From Escherichia phage vB_EcoM_PD205: a DNA stretch of 64,000 nucleotides. Under the pieces are notes generated by a model that ran no database searches, had not been told where the DNA came from, and saw nothing but the letters and a program-made list of their open reading frames with translations. Made by a program: the position numbers and the translations under genes. The stretch lies in sequence record ON922919. The stretch is one strand, 5' to 3'. Position 1 is the first letter of the stretch; every line of letters begins with the position of its first letter. Of the stretch, positions 38,101 through 46,299 are shown in pieces.

Positions 38101-41100
38101 AATACTGATGTTGCTAACCAAGTATTGGCTACTAACTTAGATGACCGTATGCGTGTGCCAATGAGCATTTATGCTCCTTCACAGGCAGGTGTTGCAGGTA
38201 TTCCATTTATGACCATCGGTACTGGTGATGGCATGATGATGCAGACCCTTTCTACTATGAAAGGTGCTCCGAAGAATACCCTGAAAATCTTTGATGGTAT
38301 GAACATTGGCATTAATGACATCACTGATGCAAGCCGTAAAGCTAATGAGGCTGTATATACTTCCTGGCAGGGCAATCCTATCAAGAATGTTTATGATTCC
38401 TTTGCTAAGTTCATGAAGAATGTAGACTTCAGCAAACTGTCTGATGAAACCAAACAAGCTATCGCTAAGTCTGCTCTGGAGTATGACCAGCGTGAGGGTG
38501 CTACTGATGACCTGTTACGTGTTGGTGCTGAACAGATTGAACGTAACCTGCGTAACATTGCTTTAGGTGTAGATATTCGTCACAAGGTAATGGACCAGGT
38601 ACAAGTCACTGTTGACCAGATGGCTGCTGTAGGTGCTCCTTATGTGAACAACGGTAAAATCTCTTTGGAAGGTCTGACTGTAGACCAGCAAGTAGCTAAG
38701 CTGAACGAACTGTTTGATGCTGAATTAAACAAGCGTCGTGATGCAGTACGTGCTGCTAAAGCAGAACCAGTGAAAGAAGTACCAGCTATGGAACAGGTTG
38801 GTCGTGTACTGAAGTCTGGTGTACGTCTGCTGTCTAATACTGCTATCGCTAAACTGGCTAAAGAGATGTCTCCTGAACAACAAGCAGTATTAAAAGAAAT
38901 ACAGAAATCCCTTGCTGCCAAAGACTATAAGGTTGTTTACGGTACACCTTCTCAACTGGATGCTTATGCTATTGAGAAGAACATTACTCGCCCAGCACCG
39001 GAAGATATTGAAGCTGCTGAAGCAGGTAATGCATATGGCTGGACTAACTTTGAAGATAAGACCATCTACTTAGTTACCCCTTCCTTAGAGACTCTGGTTC
39101 ATGAATTGGTACATGCTTCTACTTTTGAATCTGTACTGGCTCACTATGAGGGTACTCCTAATGAAGCAGTCCAGAACATTGAAGACCTGATGAATCAGTT
39201 CCTTACTCTGGATGTTAAGGATGAATCCCCGGCAGTACGTGAAGCATATGCTGATGCACTGAATACCATTAATGGACACCTGTCTAATGGCTTCATTGAA
39301 CCAGCGATGGCTAAAGCTGCTGCGTTGAATGAGTACATGGCATGGGGCTTAACCAACCGTGAACTGATTGGTAAGCAGAAGAAAACTACTGCACTGAAAA
39401 CTATGGTTCAGGCTGTATATGAAGCAATCAAACGTCTGGTATTCGGACGTAAGAAAGCTCCAGCTAATGCAGATGATATGTTCTCTGGCTTACTGTTTAA
39501 CTCTGCTGTAGTAATGCGTGGACAAGCTCCTACTGCTGCTGTAGCCAAAGACACTACCCTGTTCCATAACAAAGCGTATGGTGAAAATACTCGTCTGGAA
39601 GGGCTAGGGAAAACCTTTGATAAGTTGATTACTGACTACATTGGTTCAGAACCAGTACAGCAAGTAATTCGTAAAGGTAAGTTCTCTGATGCAGTAGTGA
39701 ATGCAACTAAAGTAACTCGTGATGTTCAGGCACATGGCTTCACCATGAATATGCAGGAACAGCGTCTATTTACTAACATTGTTGCTGCACTAGCTACCGA
39801 GGCTGCTATTAACCCTGCTGCTTTGGCTCGTGCACAGGAATACTACACACATGTTACTAAGAACCTGACCGTTGAAGCATTCATGGCTGACCCGGATAGT
39901 ACTAACCCTGCTGACCGTTACTATGCACAGCAGAAGTTCGATACCATCATGGGTGCTAACAACATTGAGTTTGATGCACAAGGTCGTTCTTCCTTACTGC
40001 CTACCTTTGTTGGACTGGCAATGGTAAGTGAAGAGGTACGTAAAGTACTGGCTGATATTCCTGTTATGAAAGTAGATAAGAAATCAGGCAATACCGTTGA
40101 TGCAATGCTGACTAACATCGGTACTGCTGCAATGGCTAGTCTGAATGCTCGTGTAGCAGGCGATACTAAAGCTACTAACGTACAGGAAGGTATGGATGCA
40201 CTGGCTCAGACAATCATGCAGACCAGCCTTAATGCAGAATCCTTCTATGATTCCGTTGCTACTCCTACTGGTAATGCTATTGACCGTGCTAACCAGTATC
40301 TGGTGGACTCTATTGATGTACTGTCTACCCGTGCTTTGGAAGGTGCTCGTGAAGTTGCAGCTAATACCAAGAATCCATTGGTTAAAGGTGCTGCTCATGC
40401 TGCACAACTGATAGCTGCTATCGCTACAGAGAAGAATGGTTCAATCGTAGCTGAAGGTGTTATGGCTGCAATGAACCAAGGTAAAGTATGGCAACCTTTC
40501 CATGACCTGGTTAATGACTTAACTGGTCGTACTAAGAGCAATGCTTCTGTTTATGATTTGATTAAAGCAGTACGTGCACAGGTACAGGCTGACCGTCAGC
40601 AATTCCGTGAGCATTTACCTACCACTATCGCATCTAAGTTCAGTCGTAAACTGACTAATGATGAGTGGAGAGCAATGCATACTGGTATGGGTAAGACTGA
40701 CTTAGCTGTTCTGCGTGACACTATGTCTCTGGATGAAATCCGTGACCTGCTGACTGACCAGAAGATTGTTGACCGTGAGGTTAATAAACTGGAAGCAGAT
40801 TTGCAGAAACAAGCCGGACGTAACTGGCCTCTGATTAACCGTAAATCTAAGCAACTAGCTCAGTATATGATTAACGGTACGGTTGGTAATAACCTGCTGC
40901 GTAATGCTACTGCAATTTCTCGCTTGCTGGGGGAACGTAAGACTACACGTTCTGTTGTAGATGTAGCTCAACTGGATAAATTGATTACCCTGTATGCACT
41001 GGAAGCAATGAGTAAGACTGACCGTGAGATGTTATCTTCACTGGCTCAGACAGAAATTGAAGGTATGGATTTTGCTACTTCTTATCTGGTTGGTCAGCGT

Positions 41101-42903
41101 AAAGATGAAATGGCTAAAGCTAAGTCTGATAGTCGTGCAACCTTGAACCAGTACAAAGGGTATATCCCTAGCGAGAACAAACAGGGAGTTAACCTGATTG
41201 TTGCTGAAGATAGTCAGTTCTCTGATTTGATTGAGAAATCCTATGTACGTCTGGGTACTTATCAGGGTAGTTCTGCTAACCGTGGTGCAGCACGTAGTTA
41301 CTACTTTGCACCGGTACAGGCACAGGCTCCATTCTCACAGGGTATCCTACAGAACGTTCGCAATACTGCTGGTGGTGTAGACCTTGGTACAGGCTTTACG
41401 ATGGGAACCATGGTAGCTGGTCGTATCACTGACAAACCTTCCGTAGACCGTATTACTAAAGCACTGGCTCGTGGTGAACGTGGTAATGAACCACTGCTGC
41501 CTGTATATGATGCCAATGGTAATGTGATTGCTTACGAGCAATCTATTGACCCTAATATGCTGAAGCACATTGAAGGTGAGAACCATCTTGCTCGTGCAAT
41601 TGGTGTATGGCGTGGTCGTCAAGTAGAAGAAGCTAAGGCCCAGCGTTTCAACGATATTCTGATTGAGAATCTGCACAGCATGTATGAGAACGACATTAAG
41701 ATGTCTGCTTCTAATAAGTCCCAGTACGTTAACCTTCTTGGTTCTAAACTGGACCCAGTAACTGCCGATGCTCTTAAACTGATGAACAGTGAAACTCGTC
41801 AGAAAGCAGAAAGTCTGTTTGGTCCGGGTGAGTTGTGGGTACGTCGTGACATGCTTAATGATGCTTTAGGTTATCGTGCAGCTTCTGTGGGTGATGCCTG
41901 GTCTGGTAATTCTCGTTGGTCCCCAGAAACACTGGATACCTTCAAGAAAGCTATGCTTGGTGTCTTCGGTAACCGTGCCTATAAGTATGTAATGGGTGGT
42001 GAGAATCTGGTTCAAAACTTAGTTAAAGAAGCTAAGACTCTGATTGTAGTTAAATCAGTAGTCGTACCTGCTGTTAACTTCCTGGCTAACCTTTACCAGA
42101 TGGTTGCTCGTGGTGTACCTGTTAAGAATATTGCTAAGAGCATTCCACAGAAGACTGCTGAGATTAACCAGTATCTGAAATCTCGTCTGCGTCAGGTAGA
42201 TGCAGAAGCAGAGTTACGTGCAGCTACTAACCCGAACCAGATTCGTAAGCTGAAGGCCGAGATTCAGTCCATCACGGATAGCCATAAGCGTTTAAGTATC
42301 TGGCCTCTGCTGGAAGCTGGCGAGTTCTCCTCAATTGCAGATGCTGGTATTGGACGTGATGACATCCTGATTACTGAAGGTAAACTTCACGAGTACATGG
42401 ATAAGCTGGCTGATAAGCTGCCTAAGTCTGTACGTAACGCAGGACGATATGCACTTATTACTAAGGATACTGCTCTGTTTCAGGGTATCCAGAAGACGGT
42501 TGAATACTCTGACTTTATCGCTAAGGCAATCATCTATGATGAACTGACTCAGCGTAAAGGTAAGACTCGTGAAGAAGCACTTGGACGTGTAACGGAAGAG
42601 TTCATTAACTATGACCGTTTGCCAGGTCGCTTCCGTGGGTATATGGAAAGTGTTGGTCTGATGTGGTTCTACAACTTTAAGATTCGTTCTGCAAAAGTTG
42701 CAGTGTCCATGATTCGTAACAACCCAGTCCATGCTGCTATGGCTATGTTGGCCCCAACTCCTACCATGTTTGGTAATGTTGGTCTGCCTATTCAGGATAA
42801 CATCTTTAGCATTGCTGCACAGGGTAACCTTGGTTACTCCTTCGGTTTCGGTCAAGGTTTACGTGCCCATAACCTTAACCCTTGGCTCAACCTTACTAAC
42901 TAA
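32149..42903 (+). CDS. virion-encapsidated RNA polymerase (N4 vRNAP-like giant protein, about 3584 aa)
   Basis: ORF track 32131..42903 begins at TTG; ATG 32149 with AGGA RBS chosen; 10.8 kb single ORF; central region carries T7-like motifs (KRGIAKNPLTITIYGSG motif B-like, MTIGTGDGMMMQT motif C-like). Confidence 0.85.
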   Translation: MSTFDRLAGFADSITNAKQVDVSTATSRKQAAQGQSPFQLTPDNAYNLQTGRVGNLGIGAYEPGSLQADFTQASPLEIINKYGNEQGLQILNSRANAADAVRQDLSKQRTNAEAFGDILSGVGLGVANTLGGIAALGTGLVNDNAGASIASGLDWLNKGVHNLQSDALNARRNVVQNQNVISAQENDKLYKQDIAKGESELVASLSRIGRDAYDSVTNTLDNGMAATDGLAEGVGSLFTGGPLIRGVSALGKVMVGGDKAVKGITLAAELGSRPARIAQSAGRIAAPAIAIGGMEAGGAYQQTANEIMEMPFSELAAKSPVYQQHIKDGLSPEEARRQTASETGITAAGLTAPVAALTAPLVSKFELNPLKVGSLAGAGSNMLRETVEEGIQSGTSQLAQNKAIQGNVDAKRDLLKGVGEQTGLGALYGFGSAGVAQAPGTTVKAAGAAVGPAVRTTLAGASLAGKALAKVASPITTILVQRGEEVAKRNEQASPVSDATVNAAAQEATAQAEQAQATVQEAVDAMDISPEEKTAATQYAADLTQAMKFDPVELEQASPTIREAVSGSTNRVEAIQKMADLVNTAEDPNVQMEAAIQMYDNIMSMDSFINRDPGALANLEQGSPAAAIVDQFSGLMANVQNTPKVLRAFRAIHSMIQEQAEAGKLKATEEANQAQANNIAMAADMSPEVLDADSVNMVLKHASEGKITLGNRQRAALQSAAALLQGAREFDAKAEELGLRPQDIVSKQIKTDESRSNEGQYSALQHAKRIRSAYNSGNFDLASAYLDDFMKFAQHMQNKVGALNEHLISGNADKNKSVHYQALTPSREWVRSRTGLGVNPYDTKSVKFAQQVGLEAKTVADIANALATAYPELNVSHVKVTPLDSRLDKPAAQVVKEFRQGNLDAAQSQQTNEPVNQVDETPVTKQEPVTPTVQTKPSVSEAVKTEPTNKESNPQTAKEPENQSEKQDTIKQSTESERDAYVKENTISQDTLNKYGDRRESPWLFADGTVVGSNGDHISLSDVFGHDGYRDMSLDTGAIRSTFYKGSEQPFVSLQLFDNQKLTPEQFNTVQSFVEANNALIQVGVDTSGRNTNNVKKEEVSLAQLKADYTVGGKPLSEMETVFPVYNNDKTPNQFLKAFTLPEEPKSRTIGSESPLTDVKKALSSVARFEAFTQKENNALTSDVIKRYQDLFDFGETLKTTLSDRLAKFLANKNVGKRFAEGTEANRWVGGKLLNIVEKDGDTFKFNDQLLETAVLAGLQWRLTATQNAAIKDMKDVAAITGVEASLLPEGILADFENAQTLVEATNSLAQKIESYWGLNRNPNAPLGYTKGIPMAMATEILSSLIEMGEVKESMLDVSEIDPESNKTVGLYTIEKLDDNDAINKFPTAIEEAVLVEPVEKLYLGDDIPSVAQTQLRNPAVKNTPEQKAALKAEQATEFRVHMPMVNFYEALGRDNILELMGAGALTPELLNVNTAKSLEGKNLSVSMAYDSLFGVINQIKEQENGLDTPIHYGYNMTRVGRMQMLGKNNPQSSKLVREAILPTFSTIDLSNENSQTFSDFQLGLAQALGIKVHKMSREVMSDELTKALEGKLKPAVDMMVEFDKSGHLPTDAVDILKTSLGNDKSFVALMALMEYARYLNSDDRANFNTPLYVEADGVTNGPINAMVLMTGGKFTSDWIKNTAKGGLFFGKAGKTMNEHHSHEDSVDLYEASTNSLQQALNELRSTYRNNVPVTNQMKHLQKLMDLFIKDFNLNEDGTLDLKRGIAKNPLTITIYGSGARGIAGKMVSAITDTIYERFSDVLQARAADPSISPAMAMFGKEAASEADAQAMLDTFLTSMEALTGNVPVMRKGELSIQQAEGALSGKLDPQKFTVSGNALKNLQENMLHLFVEPMRTGIRNTVGEGLMHSTENLQKATQIQSLVLQDMFQQAVQAKLTEKEKDPTWKKGDFLTQKELNEIQASLSPLAPMIETGSQTFYIAGSENTDVANQVLATNLDDRMRVPMSIYAPSQAGVAGIPFMTIGTGDGMMMQTLSTMKGAPKNTLKIFDGMNIGINDITDASRKANEAVYTSWQGNPIKNVYDSFAKFMKNVDFSKLSDETKQAIAKSALEYDQREGATDDLLRVGAEQIERNLRNIALGVDIRHKVMDQVQVTVDQMAAVGAPYVNNGKISLEGLTVDQQVAKLNELFDAELNKRRDAVRAAKAEPVKEVPAMEQVGRVLKSGVRLLSNTAIAKLAKEMSPEQQAVLKEIQKSLAAKDYKVVYGTPSQLDAYAIEKNITRPAPEDIEAAEAGNAYGWTNFEDKTIYLVTPSLETLVHELVHASTFESVLAHYEGTPNEAVQNIEDLMNQFLTLDVKDESPAVREAYADALNTINGHLSNGFIEPAMAKAAALNEYMAWGLTNRELIGKQKKTTALKTMVQAVYEAIKRLVFGRKKAPANADDMFSGLLFNSAVVMRGQAPTAAVAKDTTLFHNKAYGENTRLEGLGKTFDKLITDYIGSEPVQQVIRKGKFSDAVVNATKVTRDVQAHGFTMNMQEQRLFTNIVAALATEAAINPAALARAQEYYTHVTKNLTVEAFMADPDSTNPADRYYAQQKFDTIMGANNIEFDAQGRSSLLPTFVGLAMVSEEVRKVLADIPVMKVDKKSGNTVDAMLTNIGTAAMASLNARVAGDTKATNVQEGMDALAQTIMQTSLNAESFYDSVATPTGNAIDRANQYLVDSIDVLSTRALEGAREVAANTKNPLVKGAAHAAQLIAAIATEKNGSIVAEGVMAAMNQGKVWQPFHDLVNDLTGRTKSNASVYDLIKAVRAQVQADRQQFREHLPTTIASKFSRKLTNDEWRAMHTGMGKTDLAVLRDTMSLDEIRDLLTDQKIVDREVNKLEADLQKQAGRNWPLINRKSKQLAQYMINGTVGNNLLRNATAISRLLGERKTTRSVVDVAQLDKLITLYALEAMSKTDREMLSSLAQTEIEGMDFATSYLVGQRKDEMAKAKSDSRATLNQYKGYIPSENKQGVNLIVAEDSQFSDLIEKSYVRLGTYQGSSANRGAARSYYFAPVQAQAPFSQGILQNVRNTAGGVDLGTGFTMGTMVAGRITDKPSVDRITKALARGERGNEPLLPVYDANGNVIAYEQSIDPNMLKHIEGENHLARAIGVWRGRQVEEAKAQRFNDILIENLHSMYENDIKMSASNKSQYVNLLGSKLDPVTADALKLMNSETRQKAESLFGPGELWVRRDMLNDALGYRAASVGDAWSGNSRWSPETLDTFKKAMLGVFGNRAYKYVMGGENLVQNLVKEAKTLIVVKSVVVPAVNFLANLYQMVARGVPVKNIAKSIPQKTAEINQYLKSRLRQVDAEAELRAATNPNQIRKLKAEIQSITDSHKRLSIWPLLEAGEFSSIADAGIGRDDILITEGKLHEYMDKLADKLPKSVRNAGRYALITKDTALFQGIQKTVEYSDFIAKAIIYDELTQRKGKTREEALGRVTEEFINYDRLPGRFRGYMESVGLMWFYNFKIRSAKVAVSMIRNNPVHAAMAMLAPTPTMFGNVGLPIQDNIFSIAAQGNLGYSFGFGQGLRAHNLNPWLNLTN

Positions 42904-42931
42904 ATGAAAAAGCCCCCCTAATGAGGGGCTT
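42901..42931. terminator. hairpin at convergent junction (AAGCCCC / GGGGCTT, 7 bp stem); U-tract only on minus strand
   Basis: Stem 42910..42916 / 42925..42931; overlaps vRNAP stop; on minus strand followed by UUUCAUUUA, so likely terminates the 42967..43200 transcript. Confidence 0.5.
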
Positions 42932-42966
42932 CTACTAATACTCATACTAGATGTGCTGTAAATGAT

Positions 42967-43200
42967 TTATTTACATTTTCCCCACATCTTAGGTTTACGC
43001 CCCTCGCTTGGAAATTTACCAGTCTCTTTAATCTTCCGTAATGTTTCCTCTGATGGGAACCACAGGAATGAGAAGTAAAGTTTCTTGGCTACGTAACGAG
43101 TTACTCCCAGTTTCTCTGAGATTTCATCGAATGAATATGTACGAACAGTATTGTTGAGAATGGCCTCACGAACAACAGTGGTAATAGATACTTGTGTCAT
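42967..43200 (-). CDS. hypothetical small protein, possible HTH DNA-binding
   Basis: 77 aa; FDEISEKLGVTRYVAKK HTH-like; AGGAAA RBS. Confidence 0.35.
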   Translation of the reverse strand: MTQVSITTVVREAILNNTVRTYSFDEISEKLGVTRYVAKKLYFSFLWFPSEETLRKIKETGKFPSEGRKPKMWGKCK

Positions 43201-43212
43201 GTGTATTTCCTA

Positions 43213-43254
43213 TAAATGAGAAAGCCCTCACTAGGAGGGCTTGTTTTGTTTTGG
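43213..43254. terminator. terminator-like hairpin (AGCCCTC-ACUAG-GAGGGCU) with U-rich tail on plus strand
   Basis: 7 to 8 bp stem 43222..43242 followed on plus strand by UGUUUUGUUUUGG; lies between two minus-strand genes, so strand of action is ambiguous. Confidence 0.4.
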
Positions 43255-43323
43255 CTTATAGAGCCTTACTACTTTGTCGGGTAGTTCAGTACCTTTCGGT
43301 AAAAACTACCTTACACCTTTGAA

Positions 43324-43704
43324 TCAGATTGTACAACCACCACCATCACAGGTATTGTTTTCTGCAAAGGAAGCCAGAGCTTTAGCAGTCTCTTCTTTCT
43401 CATGCAGTGCCTGACGTAGCAGGTAACCCTCTAATTCCCAAATCTTATTGAATGCATTTTCATATGCATACTGACGACCTTTTTGCTCATCATAGATAGT
43501 CGGGTCTACACAAGCAGATACGCCTTCAACTTTGAATCCATTTTCCAGGATGATAATGCAATGGGTTACCAGACCCAGGTTAGCCAAATCATCTGCTGGG
43601 ATTGCTGAAGGGTCAACGAATGCAGACTTCACTGCGTCAGCACCATTAAAATAGTAGACGCTCTTAATCTTAGCTTCGATTGCTTCTTTACTTACTGTTG
43701 CCAT
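43324..43704 (-). CDS. hypothetical protein (possibly N4 gp49-like, by position next to vRNAP)
   Basis: ORF track 43324..43716; ATG 43704 with GAGG RBS preferred; family assignment from memory and position only. Confidence 0.4.
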   Translation of the reverse strand: MATVSKEAIEAKIKSVYYFNGADAVKSAFVDPSAIPADDLANLGLVTHCIIILENGFKVEGVSACVDPTIYDEQKGRQYAYENAFNKIWELEGYLLRQALHEKEETAKALASFAENNTCDGGGCTI

Positions 43705-43760
43705 TATTAGCCTCATAGAGTGGTTTGAGTTTGTACTTAAACATGATTGTGCTTACTAAT

Positions 43761-43791
43761 ACTCAAATAAAAAAGTCCCTCCGAAGAGGGA
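43761..43791 (-). terminator. rho-independent terminator (AGTCCCTC-CGAA-GAGGGACT; RNA loop UUCG) with U6 tract
   Basis: 8 bp perfect stem 43772..43791; minus strand continues UUUUUUAUUUGA; would terminate minus-strand transcripts coming from the tRNA-like island. Confidence 0.65.
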
Positions 43792-44587
43792 CTTAGTAGC
43801 TTTAACGCAGCTAACGAGGCTTGTATGAGTGCTGGGATTTGCAACTCCCAGCATATCCCCACCGTTTTAGCTGACGGCAAACAGAGATTGATAGTCTCAG
43901 AGGATACTTTACTCAGGCTAGGATTTAAGGAGTTCCTATTCTCCAGCGAAATTCCCGTCGAGGGGAATAACAATACAATAGCAGCCACTGGACTGTCTTA
44001 CCAGTGTTGTCTTTAGAGTGCAATGCAATCAGGACTATGTTACTGCTAAATAGGTTGAGTCATGCCAGACTTTAACTGGCTCCTTCTTCGCAATCCTTAC
44101 ATACCCCTACATAATTATTGCGTTAAGCTTTTTTGTTTAAGTTTAAGTGAAGGCGTTCTTGCTGACTCATAATAGGGTGGGCGTTTGACGAATGACTAGT
44201 TCGTTACTACCCGTTTGCCATAAGTACCTGGCGACTTTGGTTTGAGGTGGGAGTCCGATTCCTGTACAGCCTTACCGTTCACACATTGGCAGCGTATCTA
44301 GAATAGCACTTCCAGCAACTGGATTTAACTGTTACACCTCAAATCTGGTAGGGGCGTCCAGAAGTCTCATCTGGTACTTACGCTGTCGTATGGTTACGAC
44401 TTACCCCCATAGTTAGTTGCTCGGATCACCCCCTTGACTAAAGTGACCTTTGAGGGGCTACGCTACACTATGTGTTTCATCCCATTACAGAGAATCATCA
44501 GGCGTATTAGTTGGTCACCCCGGATACCTACTTGCCGAGCATTGGTATCGTATGGCTCGTCCAATTAGAAGTAGCACTGTTGCAGTC

Positions 44588-44668
44588 GTCACTGCTCATA
44601 GGTAAGGATTCGAACCTTACAATACCATTGGTTTGCAACGTCGCTGTACCATTTCGCGTTCTATGCAA
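44588..44668 (-). tRNA. tRNA-like element (canonical T-arm, imperfect acceptor stem; anticodon not determined)
   Basis: Minus-strand TAAGG-TTCGAAT-CCTTA T-arm (plus 44597..44613); putative acceptor halves pair only over 5 central bp; cloverleaf not confirmed by eye. Confidence 0.25.
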
Positions 44669-44681
44669 TGCTACTTTGAAT

Positions 44682-44760
44682 TGGTTACCAGTGAGGGATT
44701 CGAACCCCCGGTTGGAGTCTATAGCTTACCGCAGCAGCCCTCCAATCTAGCGGTGTCACA
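44682..44760 (-). tRNA. tRNA-like element with encoded 3' CCA (anticodon not determined)
   Basis: Minus-strand GGGGG-TTCGAAT-CCCTC T-arm (plus 44693..44709) followed by ACTGGTA-A-CCA; matching 5' acceptor strand TACCAGT is found only 121 nt upstream, so the structure is non-canonical or interrupted. Confidence 0.3.
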
Positions 44761-44807
44761 CTTAGTCCAAACTTGAACATGTCAAGCCATCTCGTGCAAC
44801 TGGTAAT

Positions 44808-44880
44808 TGGTTCCGGCGTCTGGACTCGAACCAGAACACTCATGCCGTGCACGACACTAGTACCTACACCGGAATAAATT
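44808..44880 (-). tRNA. tRNA-like element with encoded 3' CCA (anticodon not determined)
   Basis: Minus-strand TCTGG-TTCGAGT-CCAGA T-arm (plus 44819..44835) followed by CGCCGGA-A-CCA; nearest complementary 5' acceptor (TCCGGTG) gives only about 63 nt; partial duplicate of the 3' region (CGTCTGGAC) at 44929..44937. Confidence 0.3.
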
Positions 44881-44992
44881 GCCAGGGATTCCACCTGGCT
44901 CCATCTGTTTTTATAGTCACTCAGATATCGTCTGGACTTGCTGTGGAGTGACGCACCATCTCACTCTTGAATGTTAACCCATTCCCAGCCCC

Positions 44993-45040
44993 ACAACACA
45001 CTCTACGGTTAAGATTATCGCGTGTGTTGTATGGTCTTGC
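44993..45040. repeat. inverted repeat, 9 bp stem (ACAACACAC ... GTGTGTTGT) with 30 nt loop
   Basis: Read directly; stem 44993..45001 pairs with 45032..45040. Confidence 0.5.
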
Positions 45041-45046
45041 TGGTCA

Positions 45047-45127
45047 CAACAGGTAAGAGCATTTAACAGAAGATAGGTCTGATTGCCTCGGATAATTTCT
45101 CAGTAGCCTAAATGCTCTTACCTGTTG
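45047..45127. repeat. 19 bp perfect inverted repeat (CAACAGGTAAGAGCATTTA ... TAAATGCTCTTACCTGTTG) with 43 nt spacer
   Basis: Verified base by base: 45047..45065 is the reverse complement of 45109..45127. Confidence 0.75.
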
Positions 45128-45412
45128 GTTCCCCGTTTCTAATACACGGACGGGGACACTCCATGGTCGTTTGATAATCAGGACGACTCACTCCTGACTG
45201 ACGCTTGGCTTATTAGGCTGCCATCAGAACAACATCATCGTTTGCATTTATGTTATTGGTTCGTTTCTAAAAAACCGCATAATCGCTTACGAAAACTATC
45301 AAAGAGTACACTAGCACAGGTAGCTACCCTGCCGTCTTCTCTATTTACACCGGCTACAGTGTAAACCTCCGCACGTTAGCCTAATGTACTCATTGATAGG
45401 ATGTCAGTAGGT

Positions 45413-45482
45413 CGGGGGCTGGATTCGAACCAGCGAGAGAAGTAGCGACCATCTGCACATGCCTACGTGCTACCCCGACCAT
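45413..45482 (-). tRNA. probable tRNA gene (about 70 nt; anticodon uncertain, candidates GCU or CGC depending on loop register)
   Basis: Minus strand: 7 bp perfect acceptor stem (GTCGGGG / CCCCGAC), 4 bp D-stem (GCAC / GTGC) with GG-containing D-loop, perfect T-arm GCTGG-TTCGAAT-CCAGC; anticodon stem imperfect and variable loop short, so needs tRNAscan-SE or ARAGORN confirmation. Confidence 0.45.
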
Positions 45483-45657
45483 TATAATAGGAGGGAGGGG
45501 ACGAGTCCTCCCTTTATACCCTATATTGCATGTAAGACCTAACAATTCGATGCTGTAGGTAGCTATGCTATCCGACATTTAACCCAGCCCATATAGGGGC
45601 TTATGTGATTAAAATGCTCAACATTGAGCGGTTAGTTTGATAAGGGATCTGAAGCCT

Positions 45658-45727
45658 TATCCCAAAGATACTAACCTTTGGGATATAGCCTATCATTCAG
45701 AAATGGCCCCTATAGGGAGAGGCCATT
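45658..45727. repeat. two adjacent strong hairpins (10 bp stem 45658..45685; 7 bp stem 45702..45727 whose loop reads CCTATAGGGAGA)
   Basis: TATCCCAAAG-ATACTAAC-CTTTGGGATA and AATGGCC-CCTATAGGGAGA-GGCCATT read directly; loop of second hairpin matches the T7 promoter initiation core CTATAGGGAGA. Confidence 0.5.
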
Positions 45728-46299
45728 GATTAACCCGAATGTTGCTTTACATTTGCTGTGATAACCTATTCTTAAAATAGTCTACCTGACGGATGGGCAT
45801 AAACCCTAGCGTCAGTGCCATACGGCAAAGATTAAGTTAAGAAAGGTTATGATAGGAGTTCCTATCTCAAAGGATTCTGACAGAACCCTTCACGATATTA
45901 ACTACTCTTTTTCAATGCTTCAACTTCACCCTCTTTATACCAAGCATACGGTATTAAGATTTTGCAGCCTTATGAATCAATGTGGAATGCTTTGTTTCCT
46001 TCAGCAGGTTCTCCACCCATGAAAGAACTAACCTTTCCATTGAGCCAGTGAATAGTAAATTTGTTCATATTAACCCCGGTTGAACCAATGGACTTCGGAG
46101 AGTATTAAAGCCCACTGGTTCGGTTGTTGTTATTCTGGCGGCTTGTCACCACCGTGTTTACCACTGCATTTCCACAGGATAATGACAGTGATGATAAAAG
46201 CTATGTATGGAGCCGACACGTCTATAATCCTGACCAGTAGTAGCATCAGGACTATAAACACTACCACACCTAGCAGCAGCTTCTGAGCCACCTACCAGA

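Noticed and set aside
32393-42855. Numerous 60 to 170 aa ORFs on both strands inside the vRNAP gene
   Set aside because: All are nested in the single 10.8 kb polymerase frame; none has an RBS or recognisable fold.
43737-43988. 83 aa minus-strand ORF across the terminator hairpin at 43772..43791
   Set aside because: Spans a strong terminator and the start of the tRNA-like island; hydrophobic low-complexity translation.
44511-44894. Small ORFs (79 and 69 aa) overlapping tRNA-like elements
   Set aside because: Coincide with T-arm and acceptor motifs; more plausibly structured RNA than protein.
45966-46064. 32 aa minus-strand ORF (MNKFTIHWLNGKVSSFMGGEPAEGNKAFHIDS) in the non-coding island
   Set aside because: Weak RBS and too short to support without conservation data; left unannotated.
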